From assembly GCA_964291215.2 (NCBI GenBank), contig OZ219791.1:1888001-1952000 (forward strand): a stretch of DNA of 64,000 nucleotides. The letters are read 5' to 3'. Of the stretch, positions 47,492 to 58,183 are shown piece by piece (within the stretch, counting starts at the first letter, position 1; every line of letters starts with the position of its first letter). Below the pieces are notes generated by a model. It was not told the origin of the DNA. It did no database searches and saw only the letters and a list, made by a program, of their open reading frames with translations. Both the position numbers and the translations under genes were made by a program. This DNA comes from Alphaproteobacteria bacterium. GTDB lineage: Bacteria; Pseudomonadota; Alphaproteobacteria; MPNO01; UBA830.

Positions 47492-47699
47492 CTCTCCTCC
47501 TGTCGCGACGCGGTCGGAGCGAGTTGACCAACCGGGCCGGCGTAAGTTAACCGTGGGCGGGTACCACAATCGCTCCTTCCCGAGAGGCGTTTCCCCGGTT
47601 CCGAAGTTCCATTCCGATGGGCTGCGTGGATGGCTGGAACGAGTCCGGGGGCCGGTCGGGACGAGAAAGCACGCAATATTCTGAAACTGCTCTGGCCGC

Positions 47700-48321
47700 T
47701 CGCAACCCCGGCGAGGTAGCTTCCGCCGCCGCCGCGCGAAACCAAGTCGGCATTCTTTTGGCCCATATCGAATATATTGGCCTCGTGGGGCTTGAGCGCC
47801 CGATCGCAAATGCAATCGGTGACGCAAACGGTGCGGAAGTTGCAACTCATGGAATTGGCTACCGAAGCCCGTACACGACCCGACGTGGTGCATCCCGTCA
47901 CGAGCAAAGCCCCCACCTGCCGGCTCACCAACCATGCGGCGAAGTTGGTGCCGAGGAGGGCCGAAGGCTTGGTCTTGCGGAGAACGTATTCACCACCCGC
48001 GGGCGCCAGCGCATTCACCACTTGACCGGGTTCCGAATGCTCGGTCAGGTTCTTCAGTCCGGGTGCCTTGTCGCAGAACACGCCAGCATCTGAACCGTCA
48101 TCGGCATAAACAACGCGGGTGAACGCGATCGGGATTTTCGCCTTGCGCGCTGACGCCAACAAGGCCGCGGTTGCGGTAATTGGCCCGCCGAGAATCCCGC
48201 CGCCAAACTGATTCGGATCGGCAAAACCGTTGACAAAATCAACGATCAAAAGAGCCAGCCTGTCGCCGAAGCCGCTCGAATTCCCAGAATTTTGTTTCTG
48301 ACAGATGTCCAGTTTCTTCAC
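47700..48321 (-). pseudogene. Isochorismatase-family cysteine hydrolase, probably inactive
   Basis: ALLIVDF, RKTKPSA, GCTTSGRVRAS (family pattern GCTTSGCVRA); ORF reads on to 47467 into the next gene's start, so the native stop appears lost. Confidence 0.7.
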
Positions 48322-48345
48322 CCGGCTTCCAGGGCGCTCCGTGCG

Positions 48346-49269
48346 CTATTCCCAATACCCGGCAAACCGGGTCGCCACACACTGTTCGTAGGAGAACTTG
48401 CCCTTGATCAGCCCCGCGTTTCGCTGGAACTCGGTCATTCCCTCGACGAACTCCGGTGATATGGCGGCTATGTAGTACGGCAAATCACGCTCGACCACCT
48501 GGGCAATCAGATTGGCCTCTTCCTCGGGAAAAAGAACTTTGCCCACATCGGTCGCCAGCCCGACATCGTTCTTGAGGGCCTTGTGAGTCTTGGTCAACGC
48601 ACGCACCGCGGCGGCGCATGCATCCGGGTCGTCGTCGATCATCTTTTGGGACGTAATGAGGGCAGGCATCGTGTAGTTGAAAGCCTTGGGGGGACCATCC
48701 CCCCGCCGGGCATCAATCACCATGGTGCCAACGCCGCGGGTCACCGCTACCTCCGCGCCCATTCCGTTGGCCCAGAAACCATCGATCTTGCCGTCTTCCA
48801 GCGCCTTCGCCGCGGTTACGCCGAAGTTCAGGTTGTTGCCGGTGAATGCGCCGGGGACCGGCGCGATGTTGATCTCGTCACGGACTTCATCGAGTCCGGA
48901 TTCGACGATCAGCTGCTTCAGCCCGAGATCGACCAGAGGCGCGGCACCGATATTCAGCCCCTTGATTGCGTTGATATCGCCTTGCTGCGCGTTCAGGTCG
49001 GTGCGAAGGATTAAGAACCAGTACATGCCTTGTGCCAGAGAAGCGAGCAGCTTGCCTCCTTCCCATTCCGGAAATGCATGCGGCGTCGAGTGCGCGGATC
49101 CGCCGACAAATTGAACTTCGCCGTCACGCAGTACCTCAAGCGTCTTATCCACTGGGAAGATAAGGTCGAGGGACATATCCAGACCTTCTTCCTTGAAAAA
49201 GCCCAACTCTACCGCGGCAGCGGCCGGGAAGTAGGAGTTGGAAATGAGATCGGGAATGGCAATTTTCAT
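48346..49269 (-). CDS. NitT/TauT (NMT1/THI5-like) ABC substrate-binding protein
   Basis: DLISNSYFPA.AAVELGFFKEEGLD. Confidence 0.8.
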   Translation of the reverse strand: MKIAIPDLISNSYFPAAAAVELGFFKEEGLDMSLDLIFPVDKTLEVLRDGEVQFVGGSAHSTPHAFPEWEGGKLLASLAQGMYWFLILRTDLNAQQGDINAIKGLNIGAAPLVDLGLKQLIVESGLDEVRDEINIAPVPGAFTGNNLNFGVTAAKALEDGKIDGFWANGMGAEVAVTRGVGTMVIDARRGDGPPKAFNYTMPALITSQKMIDDDPDACAAAVRALTKTHKALKNDVGLATDVGKVLFPEEEANLIAQVVERDLPYYIAAISPEFVEGMTEFQRNAGLIKGKFSYEQCVATRFAGYWE

Positions 49270-49882
49270 TACAGGGCCTCGACTGTGTGGGGACTCTAAT
49301 GTTTACTACGGGAACGAGCCGCCTGACGCAAACATCAGTCGGATAAACACTCAGAGCTTGACCGAAAAGTGAGTGGTCTGCCCAAGTGTGGTCTTCCGGG
49401 TCCAGTTTTGACCTAGAATCTGGAGGTTGCAAATGTCTTGGGCGGAGACCGCTCAGGCGCAGCATATGTGCTCATTCGGCGTTGCGCACACCGAATATGA
49501 GACCGGTATGACGGACGCGGAGTGGGCGCTTGTGGAGAGTTTTCTGCCACCGCCATCGAAAATGGGTCGTCCTCGGAAAACTGATCTTCGTGCGGTGTTC
49601 CACGCGATTCAGTTTCTGCTTGGCACGGGCGCTTGCGGGTCGTGATGAGGAGCCGGCGGCGGCGGCGTCCACCGGGCCGCGGGCTGGATCCGCGTCGGAA
49701 CAACCAGGGGGTGCGGCCGCTACCACCGACATAACCGGGCCGACAAGCCGAAGAAGGACATCTGGCCCGCTCCGCAAGGGCAGGAAGCGGACCCTCAATC
49801 GCTGAACCCTGCAACCAGCACAGGATGGCGCTTGGCTCCTCCTCCGCAGTGCCGGGACAAAACCGCAACCAATGCGGAAAAC

Positions 49883-52663
49883 GTAACTGCTCACCCCCTG
49901 GTTCCAGCTTGATGTCGGGGTAGAGCAACGAACGGGTTTTCGTGGAGATTTGACACTGCAGGCCGATTCGTTTAGTGGTGGTAATCGAGAACGACGGGGA
50001 CCGCCAGTGGGCTACTTTGGATCGAAGGCGACGAGCGGGCTGTGCCAGCTGCTTTCGGGGCTCCAGCCCCCGCATGATCTGTATGTGGAAACGCATCTCG
50101 GAAGCGGCGCGCTGATGAAGCGCAAGGCCGGGTGATGGCGACGGGCGGCGCGCGAGGAGTTCGAAGCGGCCAAGACCGCGGCGCTGCCGGCAAAGTGGCG
50201 GAAGAGGCCGTCATCCGCGTCCTCGTCATCCTGCTCGACATCATCATCGTCGTCCTTCTGGAGAAGACCACGCACGAGCCGGAACTCCGGTCTGCCGCCG
50301 TCACAGACGGACAAGAGCGTGCCGGGAGCAAGGGCCCGAAGCCGAACCGGCAGATGGGCGACAACCTGCGCAAGATCATCGTCGAGGAGACGGTCGCGGC
50401 CTGCGACGCCTGCGGCGCCGACAATCATCGACGGCCCCATCGATCGGGAGCGCCGCACGACATCGTGTTCGAGGTCGTCGAGCGCCGCGCCGAGATCAAG
50501 GAATGCCCGAAGTGCAAGGCCCGGTTCCCCGACAACATCCCGTGCAGTACGGCATCGGCATCCAGGCCCTCGTTATCAACCTGCTGGTCGCCCAGATGCT
50601 GTCCCTGCGCCGTGCCGTCGCGCTCGTGCAGGCGATCTCCGGCATCAAGCTCTCCGAGGCAACCTGCCTCAGCTATGCTTTCACGATGCGCTCGCGTCAT
50701 GGGAGGAGGCCGCCGTGGCGCACCTCCTGCAACGCCCGATGTCGACGATTTCGGATCAACAGTAAGTGGCTTCATGTCGTGGGACCCTGACGTGCAAGTT
50801 CCCGCACCGCAAGCGCGGGCAAGAGATCGGCCCGTGCTACAAGGGCGTCCTGGGCCTCGTACATGAGCCAGTGTAGCCATCAGTTGTGCGGCAGCCACCT
50901 GCTGCGCGAACTGACCTTTGTCGTCGAGGCTACCGCGCGACTGATGAAGAGCCTGCTCCCTGCCACAAGGTCAACAAGAGCGCATCCAAAACCCTGAACG
51001 AGGCCGGGCGCTACCGCACCATCAGGGCGCCAGGGAACTGCCCGACATCCCGCCGCCGACGAAAGGAAAACATGGACGCATAGCAAACGCGCACAACCTG
51101 CACGAACGTCTCGTGAAACACGAAAACCTGCGCTTCATAGACAACCCCGACGTCAGCTTCACCAACAATGCCGGAGAACAGAAGATCAGGATGGCAAAGG
51201 TCAAGGTGTCCGGATGCTTCCGCTCCACGCAAAAGCATGGTGCCGGGGCTCAAGCTACCTCACCTCCATGGCCGCACTCGGCTACAATCATCACGTCGCA
51301 ACCCAGATCACCCTCGACGGAAAAGCCGCAGACATCATCAACGAGCACTACGACCAATCAGAACCCAACTAGTAGTATGACATTATTGTATTGATGGGCA
51401 TAGTGACTTCAGTTTCGTCCGGGCATCCTTCGTCGTGAAACGCCAGTCGACAGTGACATCGGCCGCATTGCGGCGCTCGACCCACGCCACGGTCTCCCGC
51501 AGCATGGTGTCGCGGTCGGGAATGCGTCGCCGAAGACACTGCCGCGACAGCGCACCGATCTCGATCTCGGCCATGTTGAGCCAGCTCCCGTGCTTGGGCG
51601 TGTAGCGAAACTCGAACCGCTTTCGCACCCGCCTCGCCTCCTCGGGCTCGAAGGCTTCATACAGCGACTGTGCGTGTTCAGATTGTCCAGCACGATCTTC
51701 CTGTCGGGGAAATGGTCGTCGGCAAGCTCCCGGATGAAGTGCGCCCAGTCCCGCGGCGGTCGGTGACTTTCACCGTACGCCAGTTCTCGTTGGGCGCAAA
51801 GGCCATAAAGAGGTTGGCCGTGCCGTTGCGCTCATATTCATAGTCGACCACCTCCGGCTGACCGGAGGACGGGGGATGCGGGTTTCCTTCGTCTGCTGCC
51901 GGCTGGTCTCAGCACCTCGTCCCCGGCAAAGTCCCGCTGATAAGTGTCAAGCACATCCGCCGCCACGAACTGTGCGCTCCGGTGCGGTGGAATGCACCAG
52001 TACTGCTTCAGCCACGGCTTGATCTCTTTTTTTTTAGAGTCTTCCTGACCGTCTCTTCTGAAATGCTCTCGACGATTTCCATCTCCACCAGACGGCCGGC
52101 AAGCAGCTTCAGCGTCCACAGCCCTCGGGCGGGGACGAACAGGCCAGAGCGATCAGCTTCGCCTCCATCGCCCCGTCCAGCCGTTTCGGCCGGCGGTTCA
52201 CCTGCTCCTTGCGGCTGAGGGCGGCCTCCAACCCCTCCAGAACGCAGCGCTTGCGCAAACGCTCGACTGTCGCCGTGCCGATGCCCAGCCCTTGCGCAAT
52301 GTCGGCATCGACAAGCCGAGCGCCCCCTCGTCGGCCAGCATCAGGACCTGTGCCCGGCGCCGACGCCAGGCGGCCCCGGTGCCGTCGACGATCGCCTTCA
52401 GATCCTGGCGCTCCTGCGTTGAAAGGGTAACCCGGTAGAGCTTCCTGCCCCGAGAGTTGGCCATATGCGCCGCTCCTGTCATTGCGCCGAAGACCTGCGG
52501 GTATGCCCGTTGTCCGGACCTGCGCATGGGGCTGCCTGCCTGTTCGGCATCTGCCCGTGTGGATATCGGCACTGTCCAGATTCCAACGAACGCCGACACG
52601 GAAATACTACCCACAAAAAACCATCAATACAATGCCGGTGGACTACTAGGGGTGAGTAGATAC
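49883..52663 (+). mobile_element. Degenerate IS66-family element, copy 4, with IS630 near its right end
   Basis: Same ends; perfect 8-bp TSD cggaaaac. Confidence 0.92.
51370..52648 (-). mobile_element. Degenerate IS630-family element (distinct from 5313-6466)
   Basis: YTPKHGSWLNMAEIEI, LDNLNTH, KPWLKQYWCIPP; IRs tagtagt..attgtattgatgg / ccatcaatacaat..actacta; CTAG target. Confidence 0.9.
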
Positions 52664-52907
52664 CGGAAAACATGGCATGGCGCCAGTGCCCGCCAACCTC
52701 ACCGCGCATCCCGGCGCACGAAACCGCTCCGGGTGACGCTGGAACTCCCTGACAAAAGCCCGTCAAACGGATCGAAATAACAACACCTCACCGCACGAAC
52801 GAGTGCTTGCAATAAAGATATCCGAGAGCTCAGAATATCAACCCGTTGTAATACAGAGATTAATTTTCATAACTTGTGTAACTCTGACATTGTCGGGAGA
52901 ATTCGTG

Positions 52908-53791
52908 ATGGCATCGGTCGGGCTGATCGGAATCGGCACTCTCGGACTGGCGGTAGCGCGCAACCTGATTGCTCGCGGGCACCGCGTGACTGGCTACCGC
53001 CGCTCTCCGATGGATGCGTTCGCGGCGGAGGGCGGTATTGCGGCAGCAAGTCCGGCCGCCGTCGCCGACGCCGCCGAGGTGGTACTCACTTGTCTGCCGG
53101 ACGGCACGGCCTTGGAGGCGGTGGTCGACGGCCCCGGAGGGCTGCTCGCGGGCGGTATGGCTGGCAAGACGGTTTTCGAGCTGGGCTCGTTTTCGATGCC
53201 GGCGCGCGAGGCCGCCCGAACAGCGCTTGCGGAGATTGGGACGCCTTTCCTAGAATGCGCGGTGAGCGGCAACCCCGACTATGTGCGTGCACGAACAGCG
53301 GCCGTCTTCGTCAGCGGCGATGATGACGCCTTCGATGCGCACCGGGGAGTCCTGCGCGACATCACCGACAAAGTCTCCCATGTCGGCACGTTCGGTGCGG
53401 CGACGGCGCTGAAGGCGATCGTGACCGCCCTGATCCCGGTTCACACATTGGCGCCGCCGAGGCATTCGCGCTCGCCACGCGGGCCGGGCTGGACCGCCAG
53501 ACGGTATTCGACGCAATTGCCGGCACGCCGGCCAGTTCCGGCATGTTCGAGACCCGCGGAAAGGCCATGATCGACGGCGGCCACTCTCGTGCGGCGAGCA
53601 TCGAGGGTTATCTGAAGAACATCGGCATCGCGACCGAACTGGCCGAATCCGTGGGCGGCGACTACCCGCTCTTCGCCACGATGAAGGACATGTTCCAGCG
53701 GACGATCGCGGCCGGGCTGACGGGCGTCGACCAGTCGGTGGTGTTCGACTACCTGATGCGCGGTGACGACGCAGACGATCCCGAGGGTTGA
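52908..53791 (+). pseudogene. NAD(P)-dependent beta-hydroxyacid dehydrogenase family gene, frameshifted near 53452
   Basis: GLIGIGTLG Rossmann motif, ECAVSG; C-terminal half (AEAFALA...SSGMFE.RG) lies in another frame. Confidence 0.8.
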
Positions 53792-54034
53792 AGCGTATTC
53801 GTGTTCGGAAGGAAGCATCGCGGCGTGGTCTCCCGGACGCGGCCCTTCGGTTCGGGCGCCTCGGGATGAGGGAGGATCCCCGGGGCCTGCAACCCTGCCT
53901 TCGTTTCGGGCAGCGGGCTCGCGAACCACGGATCATGCGGTCCGTCGTCGGCAGCAGGGCCCGGCAACGAAAACCGGGACGGAACGCTTGTCTGCCCGGA
54001 TCCGCGCCCGACGCCAGATACTCCTTGTTGAAGG

Positions 54035-54880
54035 CTAGACTGATGTCTCCTCGCGGGCGGTTTCCTGGTGCCAAGACAGGAGACACCGACGGACGATTTC
54101 CATCGTCTTGATCACCGCGAAGCCGAGCAGGCCGATCTCGATGATGCCGGCGAAGACGCCCGGCGAGTCGGCGAAGCGGGCGCTGCGAAGCATGGCCGAA
54201 CCCAGGCCTTCGCCACCCATCACCATCTCGGTGACCAGGACCACGATCAGGCAGATCGGCATCGCGATCTGAAGCCCGGTCAGGATCTGCGGCAGTGCGG
54301 CGGGCAAGATGACCTGCCAGAGGATCTGGCGGTCGCTCGCCCCCAGGCTGCGCGCCGACCATATGAGTTCGCGCTCGACACTTCGGGTTGCAGCCCATGC
54401 GGTCGCAATGATCTGGAACGACGCCGAGAAGGTGACCATCATGATCTTGGCGAGGTCGAAGAGACCGAACCAGAGCATGAATACCGGCAGGAGCGCAATT
54501 TTCGGAGCCGGCAACCCAATCGACACGATGGGATCGAAGAACCACCCGACCGAAACCACGCGCGCCATCAGGATCCCGAGCAGCACGCCGACAGAGGCCG
54601 CAAGCCCGAAGGCGACCAGCGCCCGATAGAGGGTGAGGGCGGCGTTCAACAGCAGTTTTCCAGTAATCAGGTCGTCAAAGATGCGCATGACGACCGTGGA
54701 GAATGCCGGCAGCAGGAAGGGATCGATCGCCTTCTGCAGGGCGGTCACCTCCCAGGCAATGATGGTGGCTCCGATCAGCGCGAAGGGGCCGAGCGTTTCG
54801 AACAGCCACACCGCCTTGTCCCGGACGGTCTCCGGGAACACGGGCTCTGTGCCGCCGGCGGCCTGGCCGATTCGCATCAT
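54035..54880 (-). CDS. NitT/TauT ABC permease
   Basis: PKIALLPVFMLWFG, SARSLGAS, LPAALPQI. Confidence 0.9.
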   Translation of the reverse strand: MMRIGQAAGGTEPVFPETVRDKAVWLFETLGPFALIGATIIAWEVTALQKAIDPFLLPAFSTVVMRIFDDLITGKLLLNAALTLYRALVAFGLAASVGVLLGILMARVVSVGWFFDPIVSIGLPAPKIALLPVFMLWFGLFDLAKIMMVTFSASFQIIATAWAATRSVERELIWSARSLGASDRQILWQVILPAALPQILTGLQIAMPICLIVVLVTEMVMGGEGLGSAMLRSARFADSPGVFAGIIEIGLLGFAVIKTMEIVRRCLLSWHQETAREETSV

Positions 54881-54885
54881 CGTTC

Positions 54886-55626
54886 CTACTCCCGCCAGGC
54901 CAGAAGGCGGTTCGTGACCGCGAGGTAGAGCCGGTCGGCCATGAAGCCAATCATGGCGATGGTGATCGCGCCCGCAAACATGCCGCGGAAATCGCCGGCC
55001 TCGCCGAGGAAGCCGATCAGGAAGCCGATGCCGTCATTGGCGATGATCAGCTCGGAGCTCACCATCAGGATGAACGACAGCGCCAGCGCGACCCGGATCC
55101 CGTGCAGGATCTCGGGCAACGAAGCCGGGACCACGATTTCGCGGAGCACTTCGAACTCGTTGGCCCCCATGCCGCGCGCCGACCAGATCAGGACCTGATC
55201 GACCCCGCGGGCGGCGTTGAACGAGGAGACTACGATCGGCAGCAGGCAGCCGATGAAGATCAGGGTGATCTTCGAACTGTCGCCGAGGCCGATCCAGATG
55301 ATGACGAGCGGGATCAGCGCCGATTTGGGCATCGGGTAGAAGCACTGGATCACCGGCTTCACCAGGATGCGGACCGGCTTGTGCCACGCCATCAGGATGC
55401 CGGCGGCCATGCCGAACACGATGGCGCAGGCGAGCGCTGACATGCCGCGCATGATCGACCTGCCAGTCTGGTACAGGAGATCCTGCAGCAGCAGGTTCCA
55501 GAACGCCACGATGATGTTGCTCAGCGCCGGCAGGGTAAGCTCGGCGATGAGCCCCGCCCGGGTGACCACCTCCCAGACAACGGCGATCAGCAGCAATGGC
55601 GCGTAGCGCCTGAGTGTTGCAGCCAT
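54886..55626 (-). CDS. NitT/TauT ABC permease
   Basis: PKSALIPLVIIWIG, SARGMGA, VPASLPEI. Confidence 0.9.
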   Translation of the reverse strand: MAATLRRYAPLLLIAVVWEVVTRAGLIAELTLPALSNIIVAFWNLLLQDLLYQTGRSIMRGMSALACAIVFGMAAGILMAWHKPVRILVKPVIQCFYPMPKSALIPLVIIWIGLGDSSKITLIFIGCLLPIVVSSFNAARGVDQVLIWSARGMGANEFEVLREIVVPASLPEILHGIRVALALSFILMVSSELIIANDGIGFLIGFLGEAGDFRGMFAGAITIAMIGFMADRLYLAVTNRLLAWRE

Positions 55627-55627
55627 C

Positions 55628-56573
55628 TCAGTTCCCCATTTCGAACAGGCGCCGCGCATTGCTGCCGAGAACGATCCCGGTTTCGGCTGCCGTGAGCCCG
55701 GCCTCGCGTACATCCGCGACGCTCGCCGCGCGGTCGCGCGGCACCGGCGGGTAATCGGTCCCGAGCAGCACCTGTTCGGCGCCCATCGTGGCGACGGTGC
55801 AGGCGATGGCCGGTGGATGGAAAGTCTGTGTGTCGACGTGGATGCTGCGCAGCTGATCGAGGAACGACCCCTCGATATTGTCCAGCTCCCAGGCGGGTAC
55901 GCCCGGGCCCGGCTTGCGCGAGTGGCGCACCTCCCAGCCCTGCTGGATCCGGCCGGCATAGAGCGTGATCGCCCCGCCGAGGCGGCCGAGCAGGAGCTTG
56001 AGTTCCGGAAGGCTCTCCATGAAGCCACTGAAGGCGAGCCGGGCGGCGAGGATCGTCATGTCGTTCGGCCTGCCGATGAGCTCGACCAGGCGGAAATCCG
56101 GCATGTGTTTGGCGGCGAGGCAGCTGTCGCTGCTGTGGACGAACACGACCGCGCCGAGCTCATGGCAGAGTTCGAAGAACGGTTTCGCGACCGCGGAATC
56201 GAGAAACTCTCCTCCTGCCGTCGGCGAGACGATGATTCCTTTGAGGCCGAACTCGCGGACGGCGCACTCCATGGTGCATTGCATCGCCGCCCGCCGGATC
56301 GGCGAGGCCAAGCGCGACGAAGCTGTCCGGGTGGTGCTGCACCAGCCCGGCGGCGAACTCGTTGTAGCGAAGCGCGATGTCGGCGGTGTCGATGTCGGGC
56401 TTCCCGACCGCCACGTCCATCATTCGCGGACCGAAGATAACGCTTCGGTCGATGCCGGACCGCTCCTGCTTCTCGACCAGGGCCTCGGGGTCGAGCATGT
56501 TGGGCGGAAGCCCGACGCCGACGCGCTCGCACAGTGCTCGGTCGTTGAGGTGGCTGTGCACGTCGACGATCAT
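55628..56573 (-). pseudogene. Amidohydrolase_2 family gene, frameshifted near 56285
   Basis: MIVDVHSH in one frame, LLGTDYP and ILGSN-like (VLGSNARRLF) C-terminus in another. Confidence 0.8.
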
Positions 56574-56643
56574 CGCGCCAGACCCCTCCATTGCCGGCTT
56601 CGTCCGGCGACGGGCATCGCCTGCCGCCGGACCCCGAAGGCAG

Positions 56644-57645
56644 TTACATGCCGGCCTGCTTCTTGGCGTCGGCGACCAGCGACGTGTCGGCGTATTTCGG
56701 CACGTCGAACCTGCCCGGAGTAACTCCGAGCCTGTGCAGGTCGTCGACGTTCTTCTGCAGCCGCTCGGGGCTGAAGCTCGCGTCGCGGGTGCGGCCGTAA
56801 TCGCGGTCGGTGAACACCCAGGAGGCGTAGTTCTTCGCCGGCCGGCGCATGATCTTGCCGAGAATCTCGGCCGCTGCCTGACGGTTTGCGGGATCGTAGG
56901 CCCATTGCCGCATGCGGATGTGATCGGCGAGGAAGTCGACCAGCGCTGCGCGGTTCTTAGCGACGTAGTCGCGCTTGGCAATCCACATCACGGTTTCCTG
57001 CTCGCCCATGGAATCACGCATCGTGAACAGCTGCTTGTAGTTGCCGTCACGTTCGGCCATGAAATTGAACGGCAGCACTAGGAAACCCATGTCGATGCGC
57101 TTGGTCTGCAGCGAAGACAGCATCGCGCCAAACCGGACTTCGACGAACTGGTAGTTCTTGCCCGGCTGCAGGCCGTGGTCGAGGAGCATCTTCTTGGCCG
57201 AGGCGTGGACGCCACTGCCCAGCGCGTTGACCGCGATTCGCTTGCCCTCGAGATCCTTGACGCCGTTGATGCCGGAATCCTTGCGCACCCAGAACCCATT
57301 AGACGGATCCATGCCGGCGTCGCGCAGCAGCGAAGCGATGGCAACGATGTCCTGCTTGCCGTTGATGATGCCGAGCGCATAGGCTTGGTTGTTGACCGCG
57401 CCGATGTCGACCTCACCGGCCGCGAGCGCCGTGAGCGCGGGACCGCTGCCGCGCATGCGGATGGTCTTCACGGTGTAGGTCTTGCCGTAATTCTTGTAGA
57501 TCGACTTGGGCACTTCGTTGATCATCGGCGTGATGTGCGCCGGTGCCACCGACCAGTTGATGCGAATCTTGGTCGGTTCGGCGAACGCCGCGGACGCAAG
57601 ACCCGCCACCATCGCCAAGCCCAGGAGTGCACGCGTTACGACCAT
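56644..57645 (-). CDS. NitT/TauT ABC substrate-binding protein
   Basis: Signal peptide ending ASAAFA; ALAAGEVD, DLEGKRIAVNALG. Confidence 0.88.
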   Translation of the reverse strand: MVVTRALLGLAMVAGLASAAFAEPTKIRINWSVAPAHITPMINEVPKSIYKNYGKTYTVKTIRMRGSGPALTALAAGEVDIGAVNNQAYALGIINGKQDIVAIASLLRDAGMDPSNGFWVRKDSGINGVKDLEGKRIAVNALGSGVHASAKKMLLDHGLQPGKNYQFVEVRFGAMLSSLQTKRIDMGFLVLPFNFMAERDGNYKQLFTMRDSMGEQETVMWIAKRDYVAKNRAALVDFLADHIRMRQWAYDPANRQAAAEILGKIMRRPAKNYASWVFTDRDYGRTRDASFSPERLQKNVDDLHRLGVTPGRFDVPKYADTSLVADAKKQAGM

Positions 57646-57727
57646 CTGATTCTCCCCTTTGGCTGAATTCCCGGTAGTCCCACCATAAGGACGATATCAC
57701 CGTTCGAACCGAGCTGGCAAACAACGC

Positions 57728-57910
57728 CAGGACCATTCTGTTGTCGCGATCGGCAGCGGACAACCGTGTCAGAGTGGCCGTTCTTGAAGTTGGTGGCACC
57801 GTCTCAAGGTCGGAACCGACATATCGACAACGAAATCCGCTCCCGAATGGACCTCCTGATCTGCCTACAACGCCCCTCGTCGGACGAAACCGGACAAAAG
57901 AAGAGCCCTG
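57728..57910 (-). mobile_element. MITE copy 2 (183 bp)
   Basis: Reverse complement of copy 1 with few differences; perfect 10-bp TSD caaacaacgc. Confidence 0.95.
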
Positions 57911-58183
57911 CAAACAACGCGCCGGGCAGGGACTGGCCCGATCCGTCGGCCGGGTTTTCCCCGTCGGCGCTCTCCGCCACGTCATGGCCGACCCGTTTCG
58001 ACCAGCCGCGGAGCCCGCGGTCCGGTGGCGACCGGTGAAGCAAGATGCCCGCAACACATCCGGACTCGTTCCGGGTTGGTCGTGGGACGTGATGCGGCAC
58101 GGCATCGCAATGCAACGAACTCGGGAAACCGGGCGGGCTGTTGGTATCGACAGGGAACTCCTGCGCACCCGCCCGGAATCGGG

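Larger units (their letters stand above)
49430..52780 (+). mobile_element. IS5-family remnant, interrupted by IS66 copy 4
   Basis: YETGMTDAEWALVESFLPP...GRPRKTDLRAVFHAIQFLL.TG; ends not resolved. Confidence 0.65.
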
